Assembly (NCBI GenBank): GCA_018052995.1
Contig: JAGPMK010000001.1
Span: forward strand, 5,384 to 69,383
Length of the DNA stretch: 64,000 nt
Reading direction: 5' to 3'
Source: Syntrophorhabdales bacterium
Lineage (GTDB): Bacteria; Desulfobacterota; Syntrophorhabdia; Syntrophorhabdales; Syntrophorhabdaceae
Part shown: positions 21,380-29,940 of the stretch, piece by piece
Numbering within the stretch: the first letter of the stretch is position 1
How the letters are laid out: each line of letters opens with the position of its first letter
Program-made: the position numbers and the translations under genes
The notes under the pieces: generated by a model
Seen by the model: the letters and a program-made list of their open reading frames with translations, nothing else
The model's database searches: none
What the model was told of the DNA's origin: nothing

Positions 21380-23365
21380 ATGGAAGATAAAAAAAAGTCT
21401 ATCCTCGATGAAGCTGCTGAACAGTTGACTGAAGAGCAGAAGAAAAAACTCGAAGAGATTATTGAAGAGGAAGAGGGCGTAACAAGAAAGGTTAAGGGTT
21501 TCTGGAATTATACTATAACAACCCTTGCTGTTGCCATGTCTCTTTTTGCGCTTTATGCAACAGTATTCCCTGTTACAACTCAAATCTTAAGGGGTGTTCA
21601 TGTTGCCTTTATGATTATCCTTTCCTTTTTGTATTACCCAATGACTAAAAAATTTAAAAATAAGATCAATGTTATAGATATCGTGCTTGCATTAATAGGT
21701 ATTGCCTGTATTCTTTATATGCTTATTGATTTTGAGGATTTTATATATAGGGCAGTTACCCCAGAATTATGGGATAAGATACTTGGTATTGCATTCATTA
21801 TCCTTATACTTGAGGCTACAAGGCGTAGTGCGGGATGGATAATGCCGGTTTGCAGCATCCTATTCCTTGTGTATGCCTACGTTGGTCCATGGCTACCTGC
21901 GCCCTGGACACACAGGGGTTATGATATTGAGCGTATTATTGGTCATATGTATATGACTCTTGAGGGTATATTCGGGGTTCCTATAGATGTATCATCTTCG
22001 ATTATAATCATGTTTACTATATTCGGCGCATTCCTTACAGTCTCTGGCGCAGGGAAATTCTATGTCGATTTCGCCTTTACGGCAATGGGCAGGAAACCAA
22101 CAGCGGCAGGTAGGGCTGTGCTGGCCACATCATATCTCCTTGCAATGGCATCTGGGTCAGGTGTTGCGAATACGGTTGCTATAGGTTCTGTGGCGTATCC
22201 CATGCTGTCAAAGTCTGGATACGATAAGGATAATGCAGGAGGGTTCCTTGCAGCAGGGGGTATGGGCGCAATCACAACGCCCCCTGTTATGGGTGCTGCC
22301 GCCTTTCTCATAGCAGAATTCTTGAGGATTAGTTATGTGGATGTTATAAAGTTAGCCCTGATTCCTGCAGCTATATATTATTGGGGGTTACTGCTTATGG
22401 TTGAATTTGATGCTAAAAAATTTGGCTTGAAGGCAGTGGTAATAGAGAAGAAGTATACCCTATGGCAATTGACTAAGATGTATGGCTTTCATTTCCTTCC
22501 CCTTATCGCAATTGTTGTCTTTCTTGTTAAGGGATATACCCCCTCGGTCTCTGTGCTTGCCGCAATAATTACGTGTTTCCTTACCTCTTTTATTAGGAAG
22601 GATACTCGATTTAACCTTTCAAGGCTGATTGAGGCACTAAAACAGGGTTCGCTGACAGTCCTTAATGTTGCCGCCATATGCGCCTCAGCAGGCATTATTG
22701 TGGGGGTGGTTAGCCTAACAGGTCTTGGCCTTAAACTTTCTACGATAATTATCCAATATGCAGGAGGAAACATCCTGCTGACTGCACTGTATACAGGCAT
22801 CCTTTTATGGGTTATCGGCCTTGCAGTGCCTATTACAGCTACATATATCATTGCAGCGGTTATTGCCGCCCCTGCCCTTGTTCAACTTGGGGTGCCTGAA
22901 TATGCCGCCCATATGTTTATATTTTATTATGCCCTTCTCTCTGAGGTCTCGCCGCCAACTGCCCTTTCTCCTTTTGCAGCTGCAGCCATAACAGGAGGTG
23001 ACCCATTCAAGACCACCATGATGGCATGGAAATACTGTATACCAGCGTTTTTAATGCCCTTTATTTTTACTGTTATTCCAGAGGGGAGGTCACTCTTGTT
23101 GCACTGGGAGGATATTGGCATGACCCATGGGATCTGGATTCTCTTTACATCATTCGTTGGCATAGGCATGCTTGCATCAGGCGCATCAGGTTGGCTCCTC
23201 AAAAGGTCAAGCGTCCTTGAAAGGGCTATAATGATAATTGGCGCCCTTGGTTTTGTCTTCCCAAATCGAATAGGCGATATTATTGGTTTTGCCTGTCTTA
23301 TCATCGTATTTCTAATGCAGAAATTCAGAAAAATAGATACAGGATCGCTTCAGACTGCCTCTTGA
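21380..23365 (+). CDS. TAXI-type TRAP transporter fused (DctQM-like) permease
   Basis: 661-aa polytopic membrane protein immediately after the TAXI receptor and DUF1850 genes. Confidence 0.88.
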   Translation: MEDKKKSILDEAAEQLTEEQKKKLEEIIEEEEGVTRKVKGFWNYTITTLAVAMSLFALYATVFPVTTQILRGVHVAFMIILSFLYYPMTKKFKNKINVIDIVLALIGIACILYMLIDFEDFIYRAVTPELWDKILGIAFIILILEATRRSAGWIMPVCSILFLVYAYVGPWLPAPWTHRGYDIERIIGHMYMTLEGIFGVPIDVSSSIIIMFTIFGAFLTVSGAGKFYVDFAFTAMGRKPTAAGRAVLATSYLLAMASGSGVANTVAIGSVAYPMLSKSGYDKDNAGGFLAAGGMGAITTPPVMGAAAFLIAEFLRISYVDVIKLALIPAAIYYWGLLLMVEFDAKKFGLKAVVIEKKYTLWQLTKMYGFHFLPLIAIVVFLVKGYTPSVSVLAAIITCFLTSFIRKDTRFNLSRLIEALKQGSLTVLNVAAICASAGIIVGVVSLTGLGLKLSTIIIQYAGGNILLTALYTGILLWVIGLAVPITATYIIAAVIAAPALVQLGVPEYAAHMFIFYYALLSEVSPPTALSPFAAAAITGGDPFKTTMMAWKYCIPAFLMPFIFTVIPEGRSLLLHWEDIGMTHGIWILFTSFVGIGMLASGASGWLLKRSSVLERAIMIIGALGFVFPNRIGDIIGFACLIIVFLMQKFRKIDTGSLQTAS

Positions 23366-23401
23366 GGGCTATAGACTAAACAAAAATATATAATATTAAA
23401 A

Positions 23402-23428
23402 AATGAGCCGGTGGTTTCACCGGCTCAT
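23402..23428 (-). terminator. Rho-independent terminator of the acd / biotin-carrier / activase operon (possibly bidirectional)
   Basis: ATGAGCCGGTG-GTTT-CACCGGCTCAT. On the minus strand it is followed by TTTTTT, and it lies 29 nt after the activase stop. Confidence 0.75.
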
Positions 23429-23456
23429 TAATCTTTATGCTGCTAAGGTAAGGCAG

Positions 23457-24233
23457 TTAGACTTTTTCAATAGCAAGCATGGCTGCACCGAGTGCGCCTA
23501 CTATCTGTGGTTCAACATGGATCTTTATCTGGGTATTCAGTGCCTTTTCAAGTGCCTTTACCACACCAATATTTTTTGCAACGCCGCCTGTCATTATTAC
23601 ATCAGGCTGTGCCCCGCCAAGCCTTGTCAGAAGCCCCATGGTCCTGTCAGATATTGCCTTGTGGATACCATAGAGTATATCCTCAAGGGCCTCGCCTTCG
23701 CTTACAAGGGAGATAACCTCTGATTCAGCAAAGACAGTGCATATGCTACTAATAGTTAACTCTTTTTTGTGCTGAAGCGATATATCACCTATCTTATCAA
23801 GGTCAACATTTAAGGCCTTTGCCATAACCTCTATGAATCTTCCGGTCCCTGCTGCGCATTTATCATTCATCTCAAACTCAACAACCCTACCTTTTTCATC
23901 CACCCTTATAACCTTTGTGTCCTGACCACCTATATCAATGATAGTCCTTGCCTCTGGAAACAGATAGTTTACACCCTTTGCTATGCAGGTAATCTCAGTA
24001 ACAGCCTGTTGTGCAAAGTCAGCCCTTTTTCTTCCGCAGCCCGTTGCGACAGTGTATGATATATCTGATGGCTGTTTGGATGAAAAGGCAAGAACCTTTT
24101 CAAGCGCCATTTCAGCAGTCTTTCTTGAGTCTGCCCCGGTCTGTAGTATTGTGTATCCTACAATACCCTTATCTTTATCGAATAAAAGGGCCTCTGTGGT
24201 TATAGAGCCTATATCTATACCGGCAACTAACAT
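23457..24233 (-). CDS. BcrAD/BadFG/HgdC-type ATPase (CoA-enzyme activase, ATP-dependent electron-transfer component)
   Basis: MLVAGIDIGSITTEA (ASKHA phosphate-1), IIDIGGQDTKVI, KCAAGTGRF and SICTVFAESEV (bridging-cluster Cys contexts), MTGGVAKN. Confidence 0.88.
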   Translation of the reverse strand: MLVAGIDIGSITTEALLFDKDKGIVGYTILQTGADSRKTAEMALEKVLAFSSKQPSDISYTVATGCGRKRADFAQQAVTEITCIAKGVNYLFPEARTIIDIGGQDTKVIRVDEKGRVVEFEMNDKCAAGTGRFIEVMAKALNVDLDKIGDISLQHKKELTISSICTVFAESEVISLVSEGEALEDILYGIHKAISDRTMGLLTRLGGAQPDVIMTGGVAKNIGVVKALEKALNTQIKIHVEPQIVGALGAAMLAIEKV

Positions 24234-24249
24234 TTTATTTCACCCCTTA

Positions 24250-24465
24250 TTATTCTATTACTGCGAGGACAGTATCTGCATCTACTTCCTGACCTGCTGC
24301 AACCTTAATCTCCTTTACAACGCCGCTGACAGGAGAAGCTATGGGCATCTCCATCTTCATTGCCTCAAGTGTAGCTATCTGGTCATCTTCGCTCACCTTA
24401 TCTCCTACCTTCACCAGGACGTTTATGATCTTACCTACCATTGGAACTGTCACCTCTGTAGCCAT
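24250..24465 (-). CDS. Free-standing biotinyl carrier domain protein (71 aa, GcdC/BCCP-like)
   Basis: Start trimmed to the ATG at 24465, after AAGGAGGA. Sequence is MATEVTVPMVGKIINVLVKVGDKV...LEAMKMEMPIASPVSGVV with the biotinyl-lysine EAMKM motif. Confidence 0.85.
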   Translation of the reverse strand: MATEVTVPMVGKIINVLVKVGDKVSEDDQIATLEAMKMEMPIASPVSGVVKEIKVAAGQEVDADTVLAVIE

Positions 24466-24496
24466 TTTTTTCCTCCTTAAAAAATTTATAAATTTT

Positions 24497-25654
24497 TTAT
24501 GCCTTCCTGTAACCCAGGGCAAACTGGGCAATAATCATCTTCTGGATGTTAGATGTGCCTTCCACGATCTGATATGACTTTGCATCTCTTAAGAATCTCT
24601 CGACTGGGTATTCAGAGGAGAAGCCATAGGATCCGAATATCTTTACTGCCTCAGATGCACAGAAATTGGCTGATTCTGCAGCATAGTATTTTGCCATAGA
24701 GGTCTCAAGGGTATTATTCATACCCTGGTCCTTCTGCCATGCTGCCTTGTAAACAAGAAGCTTTGCAGCCTCATGCTCAACAGACATCCTTCCTATCTGT
24801 TCCTGAATCATCTGGAACTGACCAATGGGTTGTCCAAACTGCTCCCTCTCATTTGCATATTTGCATGCCTCTTCAATACAACTCTGGGCAACACCGACTG
24901 CCCTTGCAGCAGAGCTTAATCTTGTGAAGTTAAGCATGGTCATGCAGATTGCAAAGCCCTGACCGGGTTTACCAACAAGGGCGCTTTTAGGAACCTTTAC
25001 CTCTTCAAAGAATATCTCACCTGTGGGTGCACAGAAGAGACCAAGTTTAGTAGTTATTGCCCTCTGGGTAATGCCAGGGGTTTTAAAATCAATAAAGAAG
25101 GCTGACATGCCTTTATGTTTTGCGGACTTATCTGTCATTGCATATACAACCCCGCAGTCACAGTATGGGACACCAGATATCCATGTCTTTGTTCCATTTA
25201 AGACGTAGCCGTCATCTACCTCTACTGCTGTTGTCTTCATGCTTGCCACGTCAGAACCAGAGTTAGGCTCAGTAATTGCAAAACAACCCCCACTTGTACC
25301 GGCAATCAACCCGGGAAGGAACCGCTCTTTCTGTTCTTCTGTGCCAAACTTGAGGAGAACATTCTGAGGACCATTCATCTGGAGATTAAAGGGGAGCCCC
25401 CATGATGGGCTTACACGGGCTACCTCTATAGCCATGAGCGTTGCAGCCATATGCCCCTCTGGCAGTTCCAGTCCGCCGAATTTCTCTGGGGCAAGGCATG
25501 CAAACATACCTTGATCGCCCATCTTCTTTAATATCTCGGGACGGTATTTGTGTTCTTTTTCATCCTCTTCCATTGTTGGCTTAATGTTCTTAATTGCAAA
25601 CTCATAAGCCATTTTACGCATTGATTCTAATTCATCAGAAATCTTAAAATTCAT
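24497..25654 (-). CDS. Acyl-CoA dehydrogenase (butyryl/glutaryl-CoA dehydrogenase-like)
   Basis: 385 aa. It has ACAD motifs (GCFAITEPNSGSD, QFGQPIGQFQMIQ, the C-terminal YEGTSNIQ-like IVEGTSNIQKMII). SD AAGGAG. Confidence 0.92.
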   Translation of the reverse strand: MNFKISDELESMRKMAYEFAIKNIKPTMEEDEKEHKYRPEILKKMGDQGMFACLAPEKFGGLELPEGHMAATLMAIEVARVSPSWGLPFNLQMNGPQNVLLKFGTEEQKERFLPGLIAGTSGGCFAITEPNSGSDVASMKTTAVEVDDGYVLNGTKTWISGVPYCDCGVVYAMTDKSAKHKGMSAFFIDFKTPGITQRAITTKLGLFCAPTGEIFFEEVKVPKSALVGKPGQGFAICMTMLNFTRLSSAARAVGVAQSCIEEACKYANEREQFGQPIGQFQMIQEQIGRMSVEHEAAKLLVYKAAWQKDQGMNNTLETSMAKYYAAESANFCASEAVKIFGSYGFSSEYPVERFLRDAKSYQIVEGTSNIQKMIIAQFALGYRKA

Positions 25655-25708
25655 ATCTTATTCTCCTTTCGAAAAGAATGTGAAACAATTAACAAACTAA
25701 AACAACTA

Positions 25709-25738
25709 ATAATAACAAAAGGTAGTTTTTCATGTCAA
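25709..25738 (-). promoter_or_regulatory. Putative promoter of the acd operon (TTGACA-18-TATTAT)
   Basis: On the minus strand, TTGACA lies at 25738-25733, followed by an 18-nt spacer and TATTAT at 25714-25709, about 50 nt upstream of the ATG. Confidence 0.4.
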
Positions 25739-25791
25739 GCTTATTTTTAAAAATATGAGACTCTTTGTGGGGGTCTATGTCAAGAAAAATC

Positions 25792-25820
25792 TTGCGGTGC
25801 ATGACATGCTTGGATATAAT
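25792..25820 (+). promoter_or_regulatory. Putative promoter of the MBL gene (TTGCGG-17-TATAAT) with the palindrome GCATGACATGC in the spacer
   Basis: TTGCGG at 25792-25797, TATAAT at 25815-25820, palindrome at 25799-25809. Confidence 0.35.
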
Positions 25821-25839
25821 TGTTTAGCGGTTCATTCTT

Positions 25840-26757
25840 ATGATCTTTGGTGAAAAGGGATTTGTAAAAAACGATCTCTATGTAACAGGTTTTGCCTGGT
25901 CCCCTGCGTATCTTGTTGATGCCCATGTGCCTGTAATCTTTGAGTCTGGCTTTCATTGTATGGGAAGGGTTTACGAAAGGGATATTAAGGCTGTTATTCA
26001 AAATAAAAGACCAGCATATCTTTTTATCACCCATGTCCACTATGACCACTGTGGCGCCACATCATATCTTAAAGAGGCCTTTCCAGGCATGAGGATTGCT
26101 GCCTCACAGAGGGCTGCAGAGATAATAGGAAGACCTAATGCCCAGGCTCTTATGAGCTCCCTTAGCAAAAATGCCTATAGTATCATATCCTCCAAGGATA
26201 TTGTGGATAGGAATATGCTTATTGAAGACGATTTCCAGCCCTTTAATGTGGATATTATATTAAAGGATATGGATGTGATAGACATATGCAATGGAATAAC
26301 AGTGCAGGTATTTGAAACCCCAGGCCATACAAGGGATATGTTGAGCTATTATATCCCGGAAAAAAGGATATTGGTTGCAACAGAGTCAACTGGTTGTAGA
26401 AGTCAGACAGGACATATTATTACCGAGTTTCTTGTTGATTTCGACAAATATATGGAATCCATTATACGCCTTTCACAACTTGACATAGAGGTCCTCTGCC
26501 AGGGACATCATTTTGTCTTCACAGGGGATGATGTGAGAAGGCATCTCGAACAATCATTGGAATCTGCTGAGCGTTTCAGGGACAATGTTATAGGATTCCT
26601 TAAGGCTAAGGGCGGCTCTATTGACCAGGTTGTTGAGATTATAAAGGCGATGGAATATGACACAAATCCAGGCCCTAAACAGCCTGAAAAGGCATATCTT
26701 ATAAATCTCAGAACAAGGGTAGCATATCTTGCCGAAAGGCTTACATCTGGAGAATAA
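25840..26757 (+). CDS. Metallo-beta-lactamase-fold hydrolase
   Basis: ITHVHYDHCG (HxHxDH motif) and a later TPGHT. 305 aa. Confidence 0.75.
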   Translation: MIFGEKGFVKNDLYVTGFAWSPAYLVDAHVPVIFESGFHCMGRVYERDIKAVIQNKRPAYLFITHVHYDHCGATSYLKEAFPGMRIAASQRAAEIIGRPNAQALMSSLSKNAYSIISSKDIVDRNMLIEDDFQPFNVDIILKDMDVIDICNGITVQVFETPGHTRDMLSYYIPEKRILVATESTGCRSQTGHIITEFLVDFDKYMESIIRLSQLDIEVLCQGHHFVFTGDDVRRHLEQSLESAERFRDNVIGFLKAKGGSIDQVVEIIKAMEYDTNPGPKQPEKAYLINLRTRVAYLAERLTSGE

Positions 26758-26928
26758 TTAGTTACCATTTGAGGTAACCATTTACGGGGCAAGGCTATGG
26801 ACATCTGGAATAATTAAATATTTTTAAATCAGATAAAAATAGACCACAAGAGGGCGTGAGGGATAGAAGGGACAGGAAGAAGGCGAAATGCCTATCCAGT
26901 GTTATTGGTTGAAAATTTAATAAAATAG

Positions 26929-26959
26929 TTGACATACCATAGATAATAATAGTTATATA
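26929..26959 (+). promoter_or_regulatory. Putative promoter of the hbd operon (TTGACA, then a TA-rich -10 region TATATA/TATAAT)
   Basis: TTGACA at 26929-26934. TATATA at 26954-26959 gives a 19-nt spacer. A perfect TATAAT at 26958-26963 would need a 23-nt spacer. Confidence 0.3.
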
Positions 26960-27005
26960 TAATCTACATGTGAAAAATTTAATTAATCAACTAAGGAGGG
27001 AAGTT

Positions 27006-27866
27006 ATGGAAATAAAGACGGTCGGGGTATTAGGTGCCGGTGTTATGGGCAATGGCATTGCCCAGGTAGCAGCAATGGCAGGCTATAATGTTATTATGAG
27101 AGATATCGAGGATAGGTTTGTAGAGGGCGGTTTAAAGAATATCGATAGATTCCTCTCAAAGACAGTGGAAAAAGGAAAGATGACTGCAGAACAGAAGAGC
27201 GCCATTATGGGTAGGATAAAAGGCACAACAGATATGGGCGCCATGAAGGATGCAGATTTTGTGGTAGAGGTTGTTGTTGAGATAATGGATGTTAAGAAAA
27301 AGGTCTTTGCAGAACTTGACGAGATAACAAAAAAGGATGTAATACTTTCCTCCAATACATCATCCATGTCCCTAACAGAGATAGCAACAGCAACAAAGAG
27401 ACCTGACAAGGTTGTGGGTATGCACTTCTTTAACCCTGTCCCCCTCATGAGGCTTGTGGAGGTGATAAGGGGCATGCAGACAAGCGATGAGACAGTGGCA
27501 ACAACAATTGACCTTACAAAAAAATTCGGCAAAGAACCGGTTGAGGTGAAGGTTGACGTTCCAGGATTTCTCGTAAACAGGCTTATGGTTCCCCATTTTA
27601 TTGAGGCTATCAAGCTTTACGAGCAGGGTATTGCAACCAAAGAGGATATAGATAAGGCAGCAAAGCTTGGTCTTAATTATCCTATGGGTCCCTTTGAGCT
27701 TATGGACCTTACGGGTCTTGATATCAACCTCCATGTCCAGCAGTATTTTTACGATAATCTTCCAAAGGAATTGAAGTGGGATCCCCCTCTAACACTTAAA
27801 AACCTCGTCAAGGCAGGGATCCTTGGAAGGAAGTCTGGTAGGGGTTGGTATGACTATGGCAAGTAA
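27006..27866 (+). CDS. hbd: 3-hydroxybutyryl-CoA dehydrogenase
   Basis: Start trimmed to the ATG at 27006, after AAGGAGGG. Sequence MEIKTVGVLGAGVMGNGIAQV (Rossmann), SNTSS, MHFFNPVP, and C-terminal LGRKSGRGWYDY. Confidence 0.92.
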   Translation: MEIKTVGVLGAGVMGNGIAQVAAMAGYNVIMRDIEDRFVEGGLKNIDRFLSKTVEKGKMTAEQKSAIMGRIKGTTDMGAMKDADFVVEVVVEIMDVKKKVFAELDEITKKDVILSSNTSSMSLTEIATATKRPDKVVGMHFFNPVPLMRLVEVIRGMQTSDETVATTIDLTKKFGKEPVEVKVDVPGFLVNRLMVPHFIEAIKLYEQGIATKEDIDKAAKLGLNYPMGPFELMDLTGLDINLHVQQYFYDNLPKELKWDPPLTLKNLVKAGILGRKSGRGWYDYGK

Positions 27867-27892
27867 TAAAGACTTAACTTAAGGAGGCTCGG

Positions 27893-28675
27893 ATGGGCTA
27901 CGAGACATTGATTTTAGAAAAACAGGCACCTGTAGGCATAATAAAACTCAACAGACCACCTGTGAATCCCTTAAGTATTCAGTCATACCATGAGCTTTAT
28001 GATGCCATATGTGAATTTGAGAGGGATGATGAGATAGGTGCCATAGTAATAACAGGCAGTGGGGAGAAGGCATTTGCTGCAGGCCTTGATGTGAAGGATG
28101 TCATGGGAAAATCTGCAGTGGAGACCCTAAATTTTTTGTGGACTGCCCCAAGAAAGACATTTGATAAACTCACAGGCATAGAGAAACCTACCATTGCTGC
28201 CATGTTCGGGCTTGCCCTGGGTGGGGGATGTGAGGTTGCCCTCTGCTGTGATATGAGGATTGCATCAGAGGATACCGTAATAGGACTGCCTGAGATAAAT
28301 CTGGGGATCATGCCAGGTTCAGGGGCAACACAGCGACTGCCAAGACTTGTGGGCATAACCAAGGCAAAGGAGATGTTATTCACAGGTGAGAATATAAATG
28401 CCCAGGAGGCATACAGGATAGGCCTTGTGAACAAGGTTGTTCCAAAGGATAAGCTTATGGAAGAGGCAATGGCAATGGCAAAGAAGCTGGCATCCAAACC
28501 AAGGGCAGCCCTGGCGCTTATCAAGAGATGCGTGGACAATGGCATGAATATGGACCTCGCATCAGGTCTAACCCTTGAGATGGATTGTTTCTCCATAGCC
28601 TTTACCTCTGAAGATGGTAGAGAGGGTATAACTGCCTTTGTAGAAAAGAGAAAACCAGTTTATAAAGGCAGGTAG
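27893..28675 (+). CDS. Enoyl-CoA hydratase (crotonase family)
   Basis: VITGSGEKAFAAGLDV, GLALGGGCEVALCCDMRIA and EINLGIMPGSGATQRLPRLVG. Confidence 0.9.
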   Translation: MGYETLILEKQAPVGIIKLNRPPVNPLSIQSYHELYDAICEFERDDEIGAIVITGSGEKAFAAGLDVKDVMGKSAVETLNFLWTAPRKTFDKLTGIEKPTIAAMFGLALGGGCEVALCCDMRIASEDTVIGLPEINLGIMPGSGATQRLPRLVGITKAKEMLFTGENINAQEAYRIGLVNKVVPKDKLMEEAMAMAKKLASKPRAALALIKRCVDNGMNMDLASGLTLEMDCFSIAFTSEDGREGITAFVEKRKPVYKGR

Positions 28676-28745
28676 TTTAAAAACAAAAAAAGCCTTAAGG
28701 CAAAATTTGTAGCTGATAGCTGAATTCATTTAAAAGGAGGATTAT

Positions 28746-29930
28746 ATGGCTCGAAATGCAGTAATACTGGCAGGTGGCCAGTGCAAATGGGGCGTAAGAG
28801 AGGCGCATATCGTTGACCTCTTTCAGGAGGCAGCAAAGGCCTGTCTCGATGACATCCCAACACTAAAACCAAAGGATATAGACGGTCTGATTGTAGCAAC
28901 ATCCTATGCAGGCAGATGTTCATTCCAGGTAAATACAGCACCTGTTGTGGCTGAGAGATGCGGTCTTAAACCTACCTCGATCTGCACAAGGTGTGATACC
29001 CTGTGCGCTGGTGGTTCAACTGGTATCATCCTTGCAAAGGGTCTGGTGGAGGCAGGTGCAGCAGATATTGTAATGGTGGCAGGCGGTGAGAAGCTATATA
29101 CACCCCAGAAATGGGAGGTATTCTACAGCGAACTCGCATCAGTTGACCATGACTGGGACGGTGCCCAGGGAATGGGTCTTCCACCTCCATTCTTTGCGCT
29201 TACAGCCCAGGAGCACATGATGCACTACGGGACAAAGAAGGAACAGCTTGCAGCAGTATCTGTGGCAAACTACAATTATGCAGCAGATAATCCTGTGGCA
29301 CAGATGCAGAAGAAGCTCACCCTTGAAGAGGCAATGAGTGCACCTATTGTTGTTCCACCCCTTACACTCTATGACTGCTGTCCTATCACAGATGGTGCAG
29401 CAGCATGCATCATAACAACAGATGAGATTGCAAAGAAGTTTTCTGACAGACCCCTTGTTTACATAAGGGGCACTGCCCAGGTATGTCTTAACAGTGTATC
29501 AGCAAACTTCCCTGGCGCCCATCTGGCTGATTGGAAACACACCCGTATAGCAGCCCAGAAGGCATATGAAAGGGCAAAGGTCACGGCAAATGATATTAAG
29601 GTAGCCCAGACACATGACTGCTTCTCTATCTCTGAGGTAATAGAGGTGGAAGAGCTTGGTTTCTGTAAGAAGGGTGAGGGTGGAGAATTCTGTGGTTCAA
29701 AACAGATAGAGATTGGTGGTAAGGTCCCTGTAAACACAGATGGTGGTCTCCTTTCAGTGGGGCACCCATTTGGTGCCACCGGCATCAGGCAGGCTATTGA
29801 GATCTTGAAACAGCTTCAGGGCAGGGCACGTCATCAGGTAAAGGGTGCAGACATCGGTCTCACCCATAACCTAAGCGGCGCTAATGCAGAACACACCATC
29901 TTGATCTATGGTAGAGAACCAGTAAAATAA
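28746..29930 (+). CDS. Thiolase-domain protein of the SCP-x / archaeal-type clade (pairs with the DUF35 protein)
   Basis: 394 aa. It has a candidate catalytic-Cys context (CDTLCAGGSTG) and C-terminal HPFGATGIRQ. A DUF35 gene follows 10 nt downstream. Confidence 0.8.
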   Translation: MARNAVILAGGQCKWGVREAHIVDLFQEAAKACLDDIPTLKPKDIDGLIVATSYAGRCSFQVNTAPVVAERCGLKPTSICTRCDTLCAGGSTGIILAKGLVEAGAADIVMVAGGEKLYTPQKWEVFYSELASVDHDWDGAQGMGLPPPFFALTAQEHMMHYGTKKEQLAAVSVANYNYAADNPVAQMQKKLTLEEAMSAPIVVPPLTLYDCCPITDGAAACIITTDEIAKKFSDRPLVYIRGTAQVCLNSVSANFPGAHLADWKHTRIAAQKAYERAKVTANDIKVAQTHDCFSISEVIEVEELGFCKKGEGGEFCGSKQIEIGGKVPVNTDGGLLSVGHPFGATGIRQAIEILKQLQGRARHQVKGADIGLTHNLSGANAEHTILIYGREPVK

Positions 29931-29940
29931 GGAGGAGAAT

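Noticed and set aside
26840-26900. Purine-rich stretch with a GGATAG/CTATCC stem upstream of the hbd promoter. I considered it as a riboswitch or leader element.
   Set aside because: It lies upstream of the predicted -35, so it would not be in the hbd transcript. The stem is short, at 6 bp with a 25-nt loop. No known riboswitch core is recognisable.
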